Source: an uncultured Gammaproteobacteria bacterium (GTDB taxonomy: Bacteria; Pseudomonadota; Gammaproteobacteria; Nitrosococcales; Methylophagaceae). Taken from it: DNA of 43,774 nt. The stretch lies in the NCBI GenBank assembly GCA_913058195.1, contig CAJXPP010000001.1, positions 1 to 43,774 on the forward strand, given 5' to 3'. This document shows, piece by piece, positions 1 to 10,343 of the stretch. The first letter of the stretch is position 1; every line of letters begins with the position of its first letter. A program made the translations under genes and the position numbers. The notes under the pieces are model-generated. The model was not told the DNA's origin, did not search any database, and saw only the letters and a program-made list of their open reading frames with translations.

Positions 1-45
1 ACACAGAGTAGATCGTCGGCAGCGTCAGATGTGTATAAGAGACAG
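1..45 (+). other. Illumina Nextera library adapter (P5 tail ACAC + 8-nt i5 index AGAGTAGA + TCGTCGGCAGCGTC + 19-bp Tn5 mosaic end AGATGTGTATAAGAGACAG); not genomic
   Basis: Bases 13-45 read TCGTCGGCAGCGTCAGATGTGTATAAGAGACAG, the Nextera read-1 transposase adapter. Bases 1-12 (ACAC AGAGTAGA) fit the end of P5 plus an i5 index (index 504, from memory). The reverse complement of the same adapter closes the contig. Confidence 0.97.
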
Positions 46-346
46 GGATATTGATAGGCGATGGTTTTAACACTACTTGGAACTGATAATAATGCTGTAA
101 ACGGTTTGGGTTTTCACCATAACGACCATCAGTTGGGCGGCGTGAAGGTTGCACATAAGCAGCACTCCACGGCTCAGGGCCAATCGCGCGTAAGAAAGTT
201 GCAGGATGAAATGTGCCCGCACCTACCTCCATGTCATATGGCTGGAGCAAGACACAGCCTTGCTCTGCCCAATATTGTTGGAGCCTTAAAATCAATTCTT
301 GAAAGGTTTTTGGCGTATCCGCTACTGCTACTGATGTTGTAGTCAT
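46..346 (-). CDS. glyQ: Glycine--tRNA ligase alpha subunit, N-terminal fragment (truncated by the contig/adapter junction)
   Basis: My translation of the minus strand from the ATG at 346-344 gives [97 protein letters not shown], which is near-identical in its conserved blocks to E. coli GlyQ. It is absent from the ORF track because it runs off the end. The listed + ORF 61..342 is its antisense shadow. Confidence 0.93.
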
Positions 347-502
347 TCGTAAATATTCACAATCTATAATCAAAACTACCTGATTATAGCGAATATCCAG
401 CTATTCTTATAGCTATAGAATGATAATCACACAGAAACAGTTCTCACTAGTCAGATTTCAGGTAAAATCAATAATCAAACAACTTAGTATTGAGTAGCTA
501 AC

Positions 503-1450
503 ATGAGTCGACATATCGGCATAGTGATGGATCCTATTTCTGCCATCAATATCAAAAAAGACAGTAGTTTTGCAATGCTGCTCGCCGCCCAAGAAAAGGG
601 CTGGACGCTCTACTATATGGAACAACAAGATTTGTTCTTACATCAAGGTATTGTGTCAGCTGAGATGAAACGTTTCACAGTGCAAGAGAACCCTGATAAT
701 TGGTATCAGTTAGAAGAAGCTGAAACGCGTCCATTGAGTGATCTTGATGTTATTTTAATGCGTAAAGACCCGCCGTTTGATATGGAGTATATCTACAGTA
801 CCTATCTACTAGAACAAGCTCAGCAAGCTGGTGTTTTAATTGTGAATAATCCACAAAGCTTGCGTGATGCCAATGAAAAATTATTCACCGCTTGGTTTCC
901 ACAATGCTGCCCTGAAACGCTGGTTACTCGTAAAGCTCAACTTATCCGCGATTTTCACAGTCAACACGCCGATATTATTCTCAAGCCACTTGACGGCATG
1001 GGTGGCGCATCTATCTTCCGTATCAGACAAAATGATCCCAACTTTAGTGTCATCATTGAAACCTTAACCAATCATGGTAAAACATCGATCATGGCGCAAA
1101 AATTTATCCCCGAAATTACTGAGGGAGATAAACGAATTTTGATGATCAATGGCGAACCAGTACCTTATGCTTTGGCTAGAATTCCTGCTGAAGGAGAAAC
1201 ACGGGGTAATCTAGCTGCCGGTGGACGAGCTGAAGGGCGTCCTTTATCTGATAACGATAAATGGATTTGTCAGCAAGTTGGGCCTAAATTACGCGAAAAA
1301 GGGCTGTTGTTCGTCGGTTTAGATGTAATTGGTAACTATCTAACCGAGATTAACGTGACAAGCCCAACCTGTATTCGCGAGCTGGATTCACAGTTTAACT
1401 TATCTATTGCAAGCGATCTTATGGACTGTATCGAGCAGCAGTTATCATGA
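503..1450 (+). CDS. gshB: Glutathione synthetase
   Basis: 315 aa. The N-terminus IGIVMDPISAINIKKDSSFAMLLAAQ matches E. coli GshB (LGIVMDPIANINIKKDSSFAMLLEAQ). The C-terminal part is ATP-grasp-like. Confidence 0.95.
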   Translation: MSRHIGIVMDPISAINIKKDSSFAMLLAAQEKGWTLYYMEQQDLFLHQGIVSAEMKRFTVQENPDNWYQLEEAETRPLSDLDVILMRKDPPFDMEYIYSTYLLEQAQQAGVLIVNNPQSLRDANEKLFTAWFPQCCPETLVTRKAQLIRDFHSQHADIILKPLDGMGGASIFRIRQNDPNFSVIIETLTNHGKTSIMAQKFIPEITEGDKRILMINGEPVPYALARIPAEGETRGNLAAGGRAEGRPLSDNDKWICQQVGPKLREKGLLFVGLDVIGNYLTEINVTSPTCIRELDSQFNLSIASDLMDCIEQQLS

Positions 1451-2475
1451 AATTAACAGCACTTTTGTTCATTTGTCTTACCTTTTTATCTGGCTGTGAA
1501 AGTGAGCCTCAAACACGGCAAGCAAAGTTCTTTGCCTTTGGCACTGAAATCGATGTCAGCTTATATGATGTCGATACAGAAAATGCCAACAACACCATTG
1601 ATGCTTTAGAACAGGCTTTCTCCAATGTAAATCATGACTGGCATGCATGGCAACCAAGTACATTGACCAATATTAATCAAGCCATCAGTGAAGGGCTTCC
1701 AATTGCTATAAAACCTGATGCTGCTGAACTGATTATTCTTGCTAAAACACTTGCTAATGATAGCCAGAACTTATTCAATCCTGCTGCTGGTAAATTATTT
1801 GAACTATGGGGTTTTCATCAAGATAATTGGTTTGAATCCCACCCTCCACCAGCACAAACAGAAATAGATCATTGGCTATCAAACACTCCAACAATGAATG
1901 ATATTCATATAGAGAATGGTGAGTTAACAAGTACAAACACTGAAGTAAAATTAGGCTTTGGTGGATTTGCAAAAGGATTTGCTGTCGATGCAGCTATTAA
2001 AGCCTTAGGCCAACAGGGTATTACTAATGCAATTGTTAACATTGGCGGCGACCTACGTGCCATTGGTTCTCATGGTAAACGTCCATGGATAATAGGCATT
2101 CGCCATCCTCGTCACCAAGGGATTATTGCCTCTATTGCTCTAAAAGGTGATGAAAGTGTGTTTACCTCAGGAGATTACGAGCGTTTTTTCCAATATGAAG
2201 GTAAACGCTATCCGCATATCATTGATCCTCGAACTGCATATCCTGCTGACCAAGCAACGTCTGTAACAGTCCTACATACTAAGGCTTCTGTTGCTGATGC
2301 TGCAGCAACAGCTCTATTTGTAGCAGGTAATGAATGGCCTACAATTGCAAAATCAATGGGTATTACTCATGTTATGCTTGTCAGACCTGATGGTGACATT
2401 GAAATGAGCCCACAAATGGAAAAACGGATCCGTTTAACTAATAATATTAAACCAGCAATTATAAGAGAACTATAG
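1447..2475 (+). CDS. apbE: FAD:protein FMN transferase (ApbE family) lipoprotein
   Basis: 342 aa. Signal peptide with lipobox LSGC. ApbE-type blocks GFGGFAKGFAVD, NIGGDLRAIG and HIIDPRT. ATGA overlap with the gshB stop. Confidence 0.88.
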   Translation: MKLTALLFICLTFLSGCESEPQTRQAKFFAFGTEIDVSLYDVDTENANNTIDALEQAFSNVNHDWHAWQPSTLTNINQAISEGLPIAIKPDAAELIILAKTLANDSQNLFNPAAGKLFELWGFHQDNWFESHPPPAQTEIDHWLSNTPTMNDIHIENGELTSTNTEVKLGFGGFAKGFAVDAAIKALGQQGITNAIVNIGGDLRAIGSHGKRPWIIGIRHPRHQGIIASIALKGDESVFTSGDYERFFQYEGKRYPHIIDPRTAYPADQATSVTVLHTKASVADAAATALFVAGNEWPTIAKSMGITHVMLVRPDGDIEMSPQMEKRIRLTNNIKPAIIREL

Positions 2476-2483
2476 ATTTAACT

Positions 2484-3473
2484 ATGGGTAAGATAACAGC
2501 CACTGATCGGCTCATTTTCACACTGTTATTTTCAGTTATTATCCACTTGGTTATAGTCTTGGGTGTCAGTTTTAATACTGCCTCACCGTTAACTAATGCA
2601 CCTCAAATGAGTCTTGATATCACCCTTGTTAAGCAACAAACTCAAGAAGCACCTGATAAAGCTGATTACCTTGCTCAAGCGGATAATGATGGAGGAGGCG
2701 AGATAGAGAAAAAAACACCTGAGCCTAGTCCAGAATTATCTCAACCTTCAAATGAACCCGCGTCTTCATCAAGTTCAGTATCAACGGTTTCACCCATACA
2801 AAACACACCCAAGCTTGAACCAATTAGCATACCTAAGAATGCAGCTACCCCAGCAGTTTCAGAAAAAAAATCCACCCCCAAAAAAGTAGTTAAACAACAA
2901 ACTAGTCCGAGTAAGACTCTTGTGCAACAAAAAGCTGAACGTATCGTCCATCAAGCATTAGAACTGGCAGATAAACGTCAAGAGAAGGCTGAAATAGCGC
3001 CAGCTGAAAAACCAAGGATCACTGCTAGAAAATTGATTTTGCCATCTCAAGGTGAGATTTCACAACTAGAAGAACAGTTTGATGCCATTGCAATGGCACT
3101 CAGTAAAAAACCTAAAAAGAGAACCCTGTCTGCATCAACAAAAGAATATGCCGCAGCCGCGTATATGAGAGGCTGGGAAATGAAGGTTGAGCGGATCGGC
3201 AACTTTAATTATCCTCAAGAAGCCAAACGTAAGGGCATCAATGGTAGCTTGATGCTAACTGTGGACATAAACCCTGATGGTAGTGTGCCGCCAGATGGTA
3301 TTGTAATTTCCCGTTCATCTGGTCATAAAATACTGGATGATGCCGCCGTTAGAATTGTTCGCCTTGGCGCTCCTTATTCAGCCATTCCTGACAACGTTTT
3401 AAAAGATAGTGATATGCTAACTATTATCCGTACATGGAAGTTTGAGACTAATCGCGGCCTATCTGCTCGCTAG
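2484..3473 (+). CDS. TonB-family energy transducer (N-terminal TM anchor, Pro/Ser/Lys-rich linker, TonB C-terminal domain)
   Basis: 329 aa. One N-terminal hydrophobic helix (LIFTLLFSVIIHLVIVLGVSF), a low-complexity P/S/K/E linker, and a C-terminal YPQEAKRKGINGSLMLTVDINPDGSV...SSGHKILDDAAVRIVR typical of TonB_C. A gshB-adjacent TonB paralogue is known in Pseudomonas (tonB3). Confidence 0.8.
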   Translation: MGKITATDRLIFTLLFSVIIHLVIVLGVSFNTASPLTNAPQMSLDITLVKQQTQEAPDKADYLAQADNDGGGEIEKKTPEPSPELSQPSNEPASSSSSVSTVSPIQNTPKLEPISIPKNAATPAVSEKKSTPKKVVKQQTSPSKTLVQQKAERIVHQALELADKRQEKAEIAPAEKPRITARKLILPSQGEISQLEEQFDAIAMALSKKPKKRTLSASTKEYAAAAYMRGWEMKVERIGNFNYPQEAKRKGINGSLMLTVDINPDGSVPPDGIVISRSSGHKILDDAAVRIVRLGAPYSAIPDNVLKDSDMLTIIRTWKFETNRGLSAR

Positions 3474-4073
3474 TTCATAACCCATCTGTGCTTTACTACA
3501 ATCACTCGGCGTCACATCTAACTGAACTTGCAACTTACTCGCAATAAGCATCAATGCATCAACATTGCCTGACTTTAATTCTAATTCCAATTCATGGATT
3601 GAGCTTGTTTTATCTCCAGCTATAACCTTTCCATAATCATATGCCAGCTCCACCAGCGAGTTATCTGCTAACTTCAGCTGTAAGGTATCGCGCATAAAAT
3701 CAGTAGTAAATAGTGGCACTAACTGTGACCAAAGGTTCGGTTCATCAATCATAGTTAATAAGGGCGTTTGCCTGAGTGTACTTAAATCCCATTCAGGCCC
3801 ATCAAGTGGGAACTCCCACTCTTCTCGCTGGTGTAAACCATCCTTTACTACACCAGCTGTTTTCACTGTCTGCCACCACGTATCGTTATACTGTCGCATA
3901 CGTAAACCTACTTTTTGCCCACTTAAATACTTATCCGCAGTATCAAAATAAGTACTGACTAAATGGTGTGTTTCTAATTCTCCAATAGTCATCGGTGCTA
4001 AGAAACTCAATGTTCTCAGATCAATTTTTTGGGTATTATTTACGACTAGTTTTACTTCCTGCTCTAGACTCAT
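3459..4073 (-). CDS. CYTH-domain protein (triphosphate tunnel metalloenzyme fold; inorganic triphosphatase/class IV cyclase-like), no CHAD domain
   Basis: 204 aa. N-terminal ExExK signature (LEQEVKL) and C-terminal acidic strand ELELELK, both hallmarks of CYTH. The start ATG overlaps the uvrA stop (ATGA on the minus strand at 4073-4070). Confidence 0.8.
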   Translation of the reverse strand: MSLEQEVKLVVNNTQKIDLRTLSFLAPMTIGELETHHLVSTYFDTADKYLSGQKVGLRMRQYNDTWWQTVKTAGVVKDGLHQREEWEFPLDGPEWDLSTLRQTPLLTMIDEPNLWSQLVPLFTTDFMRDTLQLKLADNSLVELAYDYGKVIAGDKTSSIHELELELKSGNVDALMLIASKLQVQLDVTPSDCSKAQMGYELASR

Positions 4074-6892
4074 TTTTTTAACAATCCTGCTAAATAGTGT
4101 CCTGTATGAGAGGCTTTATTCCTAGCGACTTCCTCTGGCGTACCGATCGCTACAACCATACCACCACCAGAACCACCTTCTGGCCCCATATCAATAACCC
4201 AGTCAGCAGTCTTAATCACATCTAAATTATGCTCAATGACCACAATGGTATTGCCACGATCACGTAAGCGTTGTAATACTTTCATTAGCTGTTCTATATC
4301 AAAGAAATGTAAACCTGTAGTCGGTTCATCAAGCACATATAGAGTCTTACCTGTATCGCGCTTGGATAATTCTTTTGCTAATTTGATACGTTGCGCCTCA
4401 CCACCCGACAGAGTAGTCGCATTCTGACCCAACTTAATATAAGTCAGACCCACGTCCATCAGTGTTTCGACTTTTTTAGCAACAGTAGGAATATTTTTGA
4501 AAAATTCAGTCGCTTCTTCAATTGTCATATCCAGAACATCGGTAATCGTCTTACCTTTATAGCGAATATCTAAGGTTTCACGGTTATAACGCTTACCTCT
4601 ACACACATCACACGGTACATAAATATCAGGTAAAAAATGCATTTCAACTTTGATTAAGCCATCACCTTGGCATGCTTCACAACGGCCACCTTTCACATTA
4701 AAACTAAACCGTCCAGGACCGTAACCACGTGATCGCGCTTCAGGTGTACCTGCAAATAATTCACGCACAGGCGTAAAAATCCCTGTGTATGTGGCAGGAT
4801 TGGAGCGCGGCGTACGCCCAATGGGACTTTGATTGATAGCCACCACTTTATCGAGCTGCTCTAAGCCCATAATTTCACTATGTGGCGCAGGTTCATCTGA
4901 GGCTTTATTCAATGTTTTCGAGGTCATTTTCAATAAGGTGTCATTGATTAAGGTAGATTTACCTGATCCCGAAACACCTGTCACGCAGGTCATTAGACCG
5001 ATGGGAATATCGATATCGACATTTTTTAAGTTATGCCCACAAGCTCCACGTACACTAATCATTCGTCCGGTATGAAAAGGAATTCGTTCAGTTGGTATTT
5101 CAATCTTACGCTTACCTGATAAATACTTACCAGTAAGTGACCGCTCACTCTTCATTATTTCCTCAGGTGTACCTTGCGCTACAATTTCACCGCCATGAAC
5201 ACCAGCCCCAGGACCAATATCTAAAACATAATCAGCACTGCGAATAGCATCTTCATCATGCTCAACTACAATGACAGTGTTGCCAAGATCACGTAATTTA
5301 GTCAGTGTGCCTAAAAGGCGGTCATTATCACGTTGATGTAGGCCAATTGAAGGTTCATCAAGAATATACATCACACCCACTAGCCCAGCACCAATCTGGC
5401 TCGCCAATCTAATTCGCTGTGCTTCACCGCCCGACAAGGTATCAGCACTACGTGACAAACTTAAATAATCTAGACCAACATTAACTAAAAAGCTGAGCCG
5501 CTCAGAAATTTCTAACACAATTTTACTGGCAATTTCACCACGATTGCCTGGCAAAGAAAGTTGTTCAAAGAACCGTTTGGCTTCACCAATAGGTAAGTCA
5601 CTCACTTCAGGCAACGAAGTCGTGCCAATAAAAACATGACGCGATGCCTCATTTAACCTTGCCCCAGAGCAATCAGGACAAGAGCGAACAGTATGATATT
5701 TAGCTAGGTCATCGCGCACGCTATTAGATTCTGTTTCATGATAACGACGTTGCATATTCGGTATAACGCCTTCAAAAGTATGACTACGTGTCACGGCTTT
5801 ACCTCGGTCACTGATATAACTAAAATCAATGGAGGTTCGGCCACTACCGTATAGCACTACTTTTCTTACAGCGTCTGATAGCTCTTCAAATGGCATATCA
5901 AGGTCAAATTGATAATGCTTCGCCAATGAGATTAATAATTGATGATAATAGGCATTGCGACGATCCCAACCTCTCACCGCACCTGCGTTTAAACTTAATT
6001 CTGGATGAGTCACTACCCGAGCAGGATCTACAAATTGTTTAACGCCCAAACCATCACAGGTTCCGCAGGCACCAGCAGGGTTATTGAATGAGAACATGCG
6101 AGGCTCCAACTCTGCAATTGAATAAGCGCATGTTGGACATGAGAATAATGATGAAAATAAGGTCTCATTACCCTCTTCATCCATTGATGCAACCAAAGCT
6201 ACGCCTTCTGTCATCCGCAGTGCTGTTTCGAATGACTCTGCTAAACGTTGTTGTAGATCTTCGCGTACTTTGAAGCGATCAACCACTGCCTCAATAGTAT
6301 GCTTTTTACGCAGTTCTAATTCAGGCGGATTATCTAACTCGATCACTTTGCCATTAACACGCGCACGAACAAAGCCTTGAGCACGCAAGTTTTCTAAAAT
6401 ATCTTTATGTTCACCTTTACGATCTTGTACTACAGGTGCCAGCAACATCATTCGGTCGCCTTTTGGCATTGCCAAAACAGTATCAACCATCTGGCTCACT
6501 GTTTGTGCCGCTAAAGGTAAATCATGTTCAGGACATCGAGGCTCGCCCGCTCGCGCAAATAATAGCCGCAAATAATCATAAATCTCAGTAATCGTACCGA
6601 CAGTTGAGCGTGGATTATGTGATGTTGATTTTTGCTCGATTGAAATAGCAGGCGACAATCCTTCGATATGATCGACGTCTGGCTTTTCCATCATCGATAG
6701 AAATTGGCGCGCATAGGCCGATAAGGACTCCACATAGCGGCGTTGTCCCTCAGCATAAAGCGTATCAAATGCTAATGAAGACTTCCCTGATCCAGATAGG
6801 CCTGTAATTACTATCAGTGAGTCACGAGGCAAGTCAACGTCAATATTTTTTAAGTTATGAGTGCGCGCACCGCGAATACTTATGCTTTTCAT
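4070..6892 (-). CDS. uvrA: Excinuclease ABC subunit A
   Basis: Unmistakable UvrA: [19 protein letters not shown], two ABC ATPase modules ([26 protein letters not shown] twice) and zinc-finger Cys clusters. I start it at the internal [14 protein letters not shown] (ATG 6892), giving 940 aa. The 26 upstream codons of the listed ORF look like read-through extension. Confidence 0.97.
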   Translation of the reverse strand: MKSISIRGARTHNLKNIDVDLPRDSLIVITGLSGSGKSSLAFDTLYAEGQRRYVESLSAYARQFLSMMEKPDVDHIEGLSPAISIEQKSTSHNPRSTVGTITEIYDYLRLLFARAGEPRCPEHDLPLAAQTVSQMVDTVLAMPKGDRMMLLAPVVQDRKGEHKDILENLRAQGFVRARVNGKVIELDNPPELELRKKHTIEAVVDRFKVREDLQQRLAESFETALRMTEGVALVASMDEEGNETLFSSLFSCPTCAYSIAELEPRMFSFNNPAGACGTCDGLGVKQFVDPARVVTHPELSLNAGAVRGWDRRNAYYHQLLISLAKHYQFDLDMPFEELSDAVRKVVLYGSGRTSIDFSYISDRGKAVTRSHTFEGVIPNMQRRYHETESNSVRDDLAKYHTVRSCPDCSGARLNEASRHVFIGTTSLPEVSDLPIGEAKRFFEQLSLPGNRGEIASKIVLEISERLSFLVNVGLDYLSLSRSADTLSGGEAQRIRLASQIGAGLVGVMYILDEPSIGLHQRDNDRLLGTLTKLRDLGNTVIVVEHDEDAIRSADYVLDIGPGAGVHGGEIVAQGTPEEIMKSERSLTGKYLSGKRKIEIPTERIPFHTGRMISVRGACGHNLKNVDIDIPIGLMTCVTGVSGSGKSTLINDTLLKMTSKTLNKASDEPAPHSEIMGLEQLDKVVAINQSPIGRTPRSNPATYTGIFTPVRELFAGTPEARSRGYGPGRFSFNVKGGRCEACQGDGLIKVEMHFLPDIYVPCDVCRGKRYNRETLDIRYKGKTITDVLDMTIEEATEFFKNIPTVAKKVETLMDVGLTYIKLGQNATTLSGGEAQRIKLAKELSKRDTGKTLYVLDEPTTGLHFFDIEQLMKVLQRLRDRGNTIVVIEHNLDVIKTADWVIDMGPEGGSGGGMVVAIGTPEEVARNKASHTGHYLAGLLKK

Positions 6893-6943
6893 CACGCTTC
6901 CGTATAAAATGATCCAACAGATAAATATACTACTCAGCTGGTT

Positions 6944-8320
6944 ATGACGCAAAAACAAACTACACCTCAATCTATGACGGCTCTAGAAAAACGCAGTATT
7001 TCGGGCCTGTCCAGCATCTTCGCTTTACGAATGCTTGGCCTATTTATGATCTTGCCAGTGTTTTCGCTTGCCGCCAATCAATATGAAGGTGCAACGCCAA
7101 TATTAATTGGTCTAGCCATTGGTGCATATGGTTTAACTCAAGCCTTATTACAGATCCCTTTTGGCATGTTATCCGATCGTATAGGTCGCAAACGAGTGAT
7201 TACCATCGGCTTATTATTGTTTGCAGCTGGCAGTGTGGTGGCCGCCTCAGCCGATTCTATTTATATGGTTATTGCTGGGCGTTTGTTACAAGGTAGTGGT
7301 GCAATTGCGGCAGCAATTATGGCATTGACAGCTGATCTCACTCGCGATGAACATCGTACCAAGGCTATGGCAAGTATCGGCATTAGCATTGGCTTATCAT
7401 TTTCTATTGCGCTAGCAAGTGGTGCAGCCTTAGAACACTGGATTGGTTTATCTGGCATATTCTGGGCAACGGCAGTCTTATCATTGGTAGGTATCGCTGT
7501 TTTACACCTTTGGGTACCGACACCCGTACGAATTAGTAGTCACCGTGATTTAAAGCCTATTCCACAACAATTTATGACTGTATTTCGTAATGCCGATATT
7601 ATGCGTATGGTCGTTAGTATTATGCTATTACATAGTCTGCTGACTATCAGTTTTATTGCCCTCCCAATTGCCTTATATGAACATGCTGGTTTAGCAAAAG
7701 ATCAGCAAGCACTTGCTTACCTTCCTATTTTAATTCTCGCCTTCATCAGCATGGTGCCTTTCATCATCATTGCAGAAAAATATCGTAAGATGAAACCTGT
7801 CTTTATCGGCGCTATTATTGCGCTTGGCATTGCCGAACTTGGCTGGAGTCAATTAAGCAGCTCACTCGCAGGCATGTTATTTTGTTTATGGTTATTTTTT
7901 ACAGCGTTTAATATATTGGAAGCTAGTCTGCCATCATTAATGTCAAAATTAAGCCCGCTTGCCAATAAAGGCACTGCAATGGGCGTATATTCTAGCGCCC
8001 AATTTATAGGCGCCTTTATTGGTGGCGCTTCAGGTGGCCTGATCTATAGCAAACTAGGGCTTTCTGGCGTATTTATAGCTGGCACCGTTATCACCGTAAT
8101 CTGGCTTATAGTAATATTGCCTATGCGCCCACCCAAACATTTATCAACTCGTATTATTCACCTTGATTCCATCTCTAAACAAAATACTGCTGAAATAGCT
8201 AATAAACTCAACAGTATTAACGGTGTAGTTGAAACCGTTATCGTCGTTGAAGAGCACGTCGCCTATGTTAAATTCTCACCCGACGAGATCGATAGTGACG
8301 CCTTAGATGCATTTCAGTAG
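6944..8320 (+). CDS. MFS transporter with a C-terminal soluble extension of about 65 aa
   Basis: 458 aa. Multiple hydrophobic helices and the MFS loop motif [11 protein letters not shown]. Its position between uvrA (divergent) and ssb is the same as in Pseudomonas. The start could instead be the ATG at 6974 (MTALEK). Confidence 0.85.
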   Translation: MTQKQTTPQSMTALEKRSISGLSSIFALRMLGLFMILPVFSLAANQYEGATPILIGLAIGAYGLTQALLQIPFGMLSDRIGRKRVITIGLLLFAAGSVVAASADSIYMVIAGRLLQGSGAIAAAIMALTADLTRDEHRTKAMASIGISIGLSFSIALASGAALEHWIGLSGIFWATAVLSLVGIAVLHLWVPTPVRISSHRDLKPIPQQFMTVFRNADIMRMVVSIMLLHSLLTISFIALPIALYEHAGLAKDQQALAYLPILILAFISMVPFIIIAEKYRKMKPVFIGAIIALGIAELGWSQLSSSLAGMLFCLWLFFTAFNILEASLPSLMSKLSPLANKGTAMGVYSSAQFIGAFIGGASGGLIYSKLGLSGVFIAGTVITVIWLIVILPMRPPKHLSTRIIHLDSISKQNTAEIANKLNSINGVVETVIVVEEHVAYVKFSPDEIDSDALDAFQ

Positions 8321-8361
8321 AATGTCAGGGTAATACTAAATTTACGCTTAAGGAGCACACC

Positions 8362-8856
8362 ATGTCAGTAAACAAAGTTATTCTTGTAGGACGATTAGGC
8401 GCAGAGCCAGAAAGTCGTGCATTTCCGAATGGTGGCTCAATTTGCAACCTACGTCTTGCTACATCTGAAAGCTGGAAAGACAAGCAAACAGGCGAACGTA
8501 AAGAGCGCACAGAATGGCACCGAGTAACACTCAATAATCGTTTAGGTGAAATTGCTCAGCAATATTTGCACAAGGGTTCGCAAGTATATATTGAAGGTCG
8601 TATTCAAACGCGTAAATGGCAAGACCAAAGCGGTCAAGATCGCTATTCAACTGAAATTGTTGGCAATGAAATGACAATGCTTGATAGCAAAGGCGCTGGC
8701 GGTGGAGCACCTCAAGGTGGCGGTTACCAACAAAGCACTCCTGCAGCATCTCAACCACGTAACGCAGCGCCACAACCAGCCTCGCCTTCAGCAGGCCCAG
8801 ATTACGGTGCCCCTCAAGGTGGTGCGGATTATTTAGATGATGACATTCCTTTTTAG
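8362..8856 (+). CDS. ssb: Single-stranded DNA-binding protein
   Basis: 164 aa. OB-fold N-terminus [17 protein letters not shown]...TEWHRV, a Gly/Gln/Pro-rich linker and the canonical acidic tip DDDIPF. AAGGAG Shine-Dalgarno upstream. Confidence 0.97.
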   Translation: MSVNKVILVGRLGAEPESRAFPNGGSICNLRLATSESWKDKQTGERKERTEWHRVTLNNRLGEIAQQYLHKGSQVYIEGRIQTRKWQDQSGQDRYSTEIVGNEMTMLDSKGAGGGAPQGGGYQQSTPAASQPRNAAPQPASPSAGPDYGAPQGGADYLDDDIPF

Positions 8857-8890
8857 AGGACATGATTCCATAACAATCTAAACCTACACT

Positions 8891-8918
8891 AAGGCTCATA
8901 TTTTATGAGCCTTTTTTA
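8891..8918 (+). terminator. Rho-independent terminator after ssb
   Basis: GGCTCAT (8893-8899), 5-nt loop, ATGAGCC (8905-8911), followed by TTTTTT. Confidence 0.8.
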
Positions 8919-8969
8919 CATCTGTTTGCCAGCTTCACAGTCAGTGCTTTAAACCGCACCGGAGATCAA

Positions 8970-10319
8970 ATGAAAAAAGTCGCCCACGCTTATATTCGAC
9001 CTACTCATACTCTAAATTTATTATCGCAAGAAGAAATTTATAAACTTAGCAATCCAAGTGATGCTCAGTATAATTTGTTCAGAGAGTGTGCGCTTGCTGT
9101 GCTTAATACTGATAACCTTCAGGACGATGCTGAAGAATTACTCAATGACTATGCTGACTTTGATATCAAACTTACCCCTCAATCCCGTGGCGTGGCATTA
9201 GAGGTATTTAATGCACCGGCACAATCCTTTGTTGATGGTGAAATAATCACCGGTATTCAAGAGCACCTTTCGTCTGTATTACGCGATATTGTCTATACCG
9301 ACTTCAAAGTTCTGACCGAAGCTGATAATGTCAGTATCACGGACAAAGTGTTTCATATTTTACGCAATGCAAATGCCATTAAGCCTAACCAATCACCTAA
9401 TATAGTGGTCTGTTGGGGCGGCCATTCAATTCCCCGCGAAGAATATGATTATGCAAAACACGTTGGCTACGAACTTGGCTTGCGTGGTCTGGATATTATT
9501 ACCGGCTGCGGAATTGGTGCTATGAAAGGCCCAATGAAAGGGGCCGCTGTAGGTCATGCCAAACAACATATTAGCAATGGGCGTTATATCGGCATTAGTG
9601 AACCAGGTATCATTGCTTCTGAATCACCTAATGCGATTGTTAACGAATTAATCATCATGCCCGACATCGAAAAGCGACTCGAAGCATTTGTTCGCCTAGG
9701 CCATTGTTTTATCGTATTTCCAGGCGGGGTCGGCACTGTTGAAGAAATTCTATACTTACTCAGTATTTTGTTACACCCCAATAACCAAACTGGGATTCCA
9801 CTAATTTTTGCTGGTTCAGAAAGTTGTCGAGAGTACTTTACGACTTTAGATAAATTTTTACGTTTTTGTCTCGGTGACGATATAAGTAAACTATATCAAA
9901 TCATTATTGCTGAACCCGATAAGGTAGGTAGCTTAGATAAACAAGCTGTCGAGAAAATTCACGACCAACGACGAAATAATAGTGAAGCCTATTACTTTAA
10001 TTGGCAGCTAAACATTGCGGAAGAATTACAACAGCCCTTTGAACCTACTCATGACAATATGGCTAAGCTACGGCTTGATCCCTCATTACCAAAACATGAG
10101 CTAGCAAGCCAGTTACGAGCAGCTTTCTCAGGCATCGTTGCCGGCAACGTTAAATCAGTTGGCATTCGCGAAGTTGCCCAATATGGTCCCTACCAAATTC
10201 ATGGCACGCCAGAATTAATGAATGCCATAGATGAGATTTTACGCACATTTGTAACACAAAAAAGAATGAAACTGGGACAATCTGAGCAAGATTATCAACC
10301 TTGCTACCAAATAGTGTGA
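8970..10319 (+). CDS. ppnN: Nucleotide 5'-monophosphate nucleosidase PpnN (YgdH/LOG-family)
   Basis: 449 aa, the length expected for PpnN/YgdH. The central LOG-like core carries GCGIGAMKGPMKGA and the FPGGVGTVEE motif. Confidence 0.8.
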   Translation: MKKVAHAYIRPTHTLNLLSQEEIYKLSNPSDAQYNLFRECALAVLNTDNLQDDAEELLNDYADFDIKLTPQSRGVALEVFNAPAQSFVDGEIITGIQEHLSSVLRDIVYTDFKVLTEADNVSITDKVFHILRNANAIKPNQSPNIVVCWGGHSIPREEYDYAKHVGYELGLRGLDIITGCGIGAMKGPMKGAAVGHAKQHISNGRYIGISEPGIIASESPNAIVNELIIMPDIEKRLEAFVRLGHCFIVFPGGVGTVEEILYLLSILLHPNNQTGIPLIFAGSESCREYFTTLDKFLRFCLGDDISKLYQIIIAEPDKVGSLDKQAVEKIHDQRRNNSEAYYFNWQLNIAEELQQPFEPTHDNMAKLRLDPSLPKHELASQLRAAFSGIVAGNVKSVGIREVAQYGPYQIHGTPELMNAIDEILRTFVTQKRMKLGQSEQDYQPCYQIV

Positions 10320-10343
10320 AGGACCTTTTTTACATCTCTAATG

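Noticed and set aside
61-342. Listed + strand ORF of 93 aa at the start of the window
   Set aside because: It is the antisense shadow of glyQ. The minus-strand frame gives an unmistakable GlyQ N-terminus, while the + strand product has no recognisable features.
364-389. An 8-bp inverted repeat CTATAATC-N10-GATTATAG between glyQ and gshB, containing a TATAAT hexamer on each strand, possibly overlapping divergent promoters
   Set aside because: No acceptable -35 element lies at 16-18 bp spacing on either strand. TATAAT-like hexamers are frequent in AT-rich intergenic DNA, so this is too weak to annotate.
6893-6970. A 26-codon N-terminal extension of uvrA overlapping the MFS gene start, and a possible LexA/SOS box in the uvrA/MFS-ssb divergent region
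   Set aside because: UvrA homologues begin at the [14 protein letters not shown] equivalent, so the extension is read-through of an open frame. I searched both strands of 6893-6975 for CTG-N10-CAG and found none.
8531-8899. Long antisense ORFs inside conserved genes: 8531-8899 opposite ssb, 24971-25309 opposite the M50 gene/serS, 29580-29918 opposite pgk, and 38518-38892 opposite gltB
   Set aside because: They are typical shadow ORFs on the opposite strand of strongly conserved genes. Their composition is low-complexity or odd, none has a recognisable motif, and none has a ribosome-binding context.
8910-10337. Identical 14-mer CCTTTTTTACATCT at 8910-8923 and 10324-10337, directly flanking ppnN as direct repeats, possibly an insertion footprint
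   Set aside because: It is only 14 bp and dominated by a T-run that forms part of the ssb terminator tail. By rough expectation a window of this size should contain a few chance 14-mer repeats, more in AT-rich sequence. No further similarity extends on either side.
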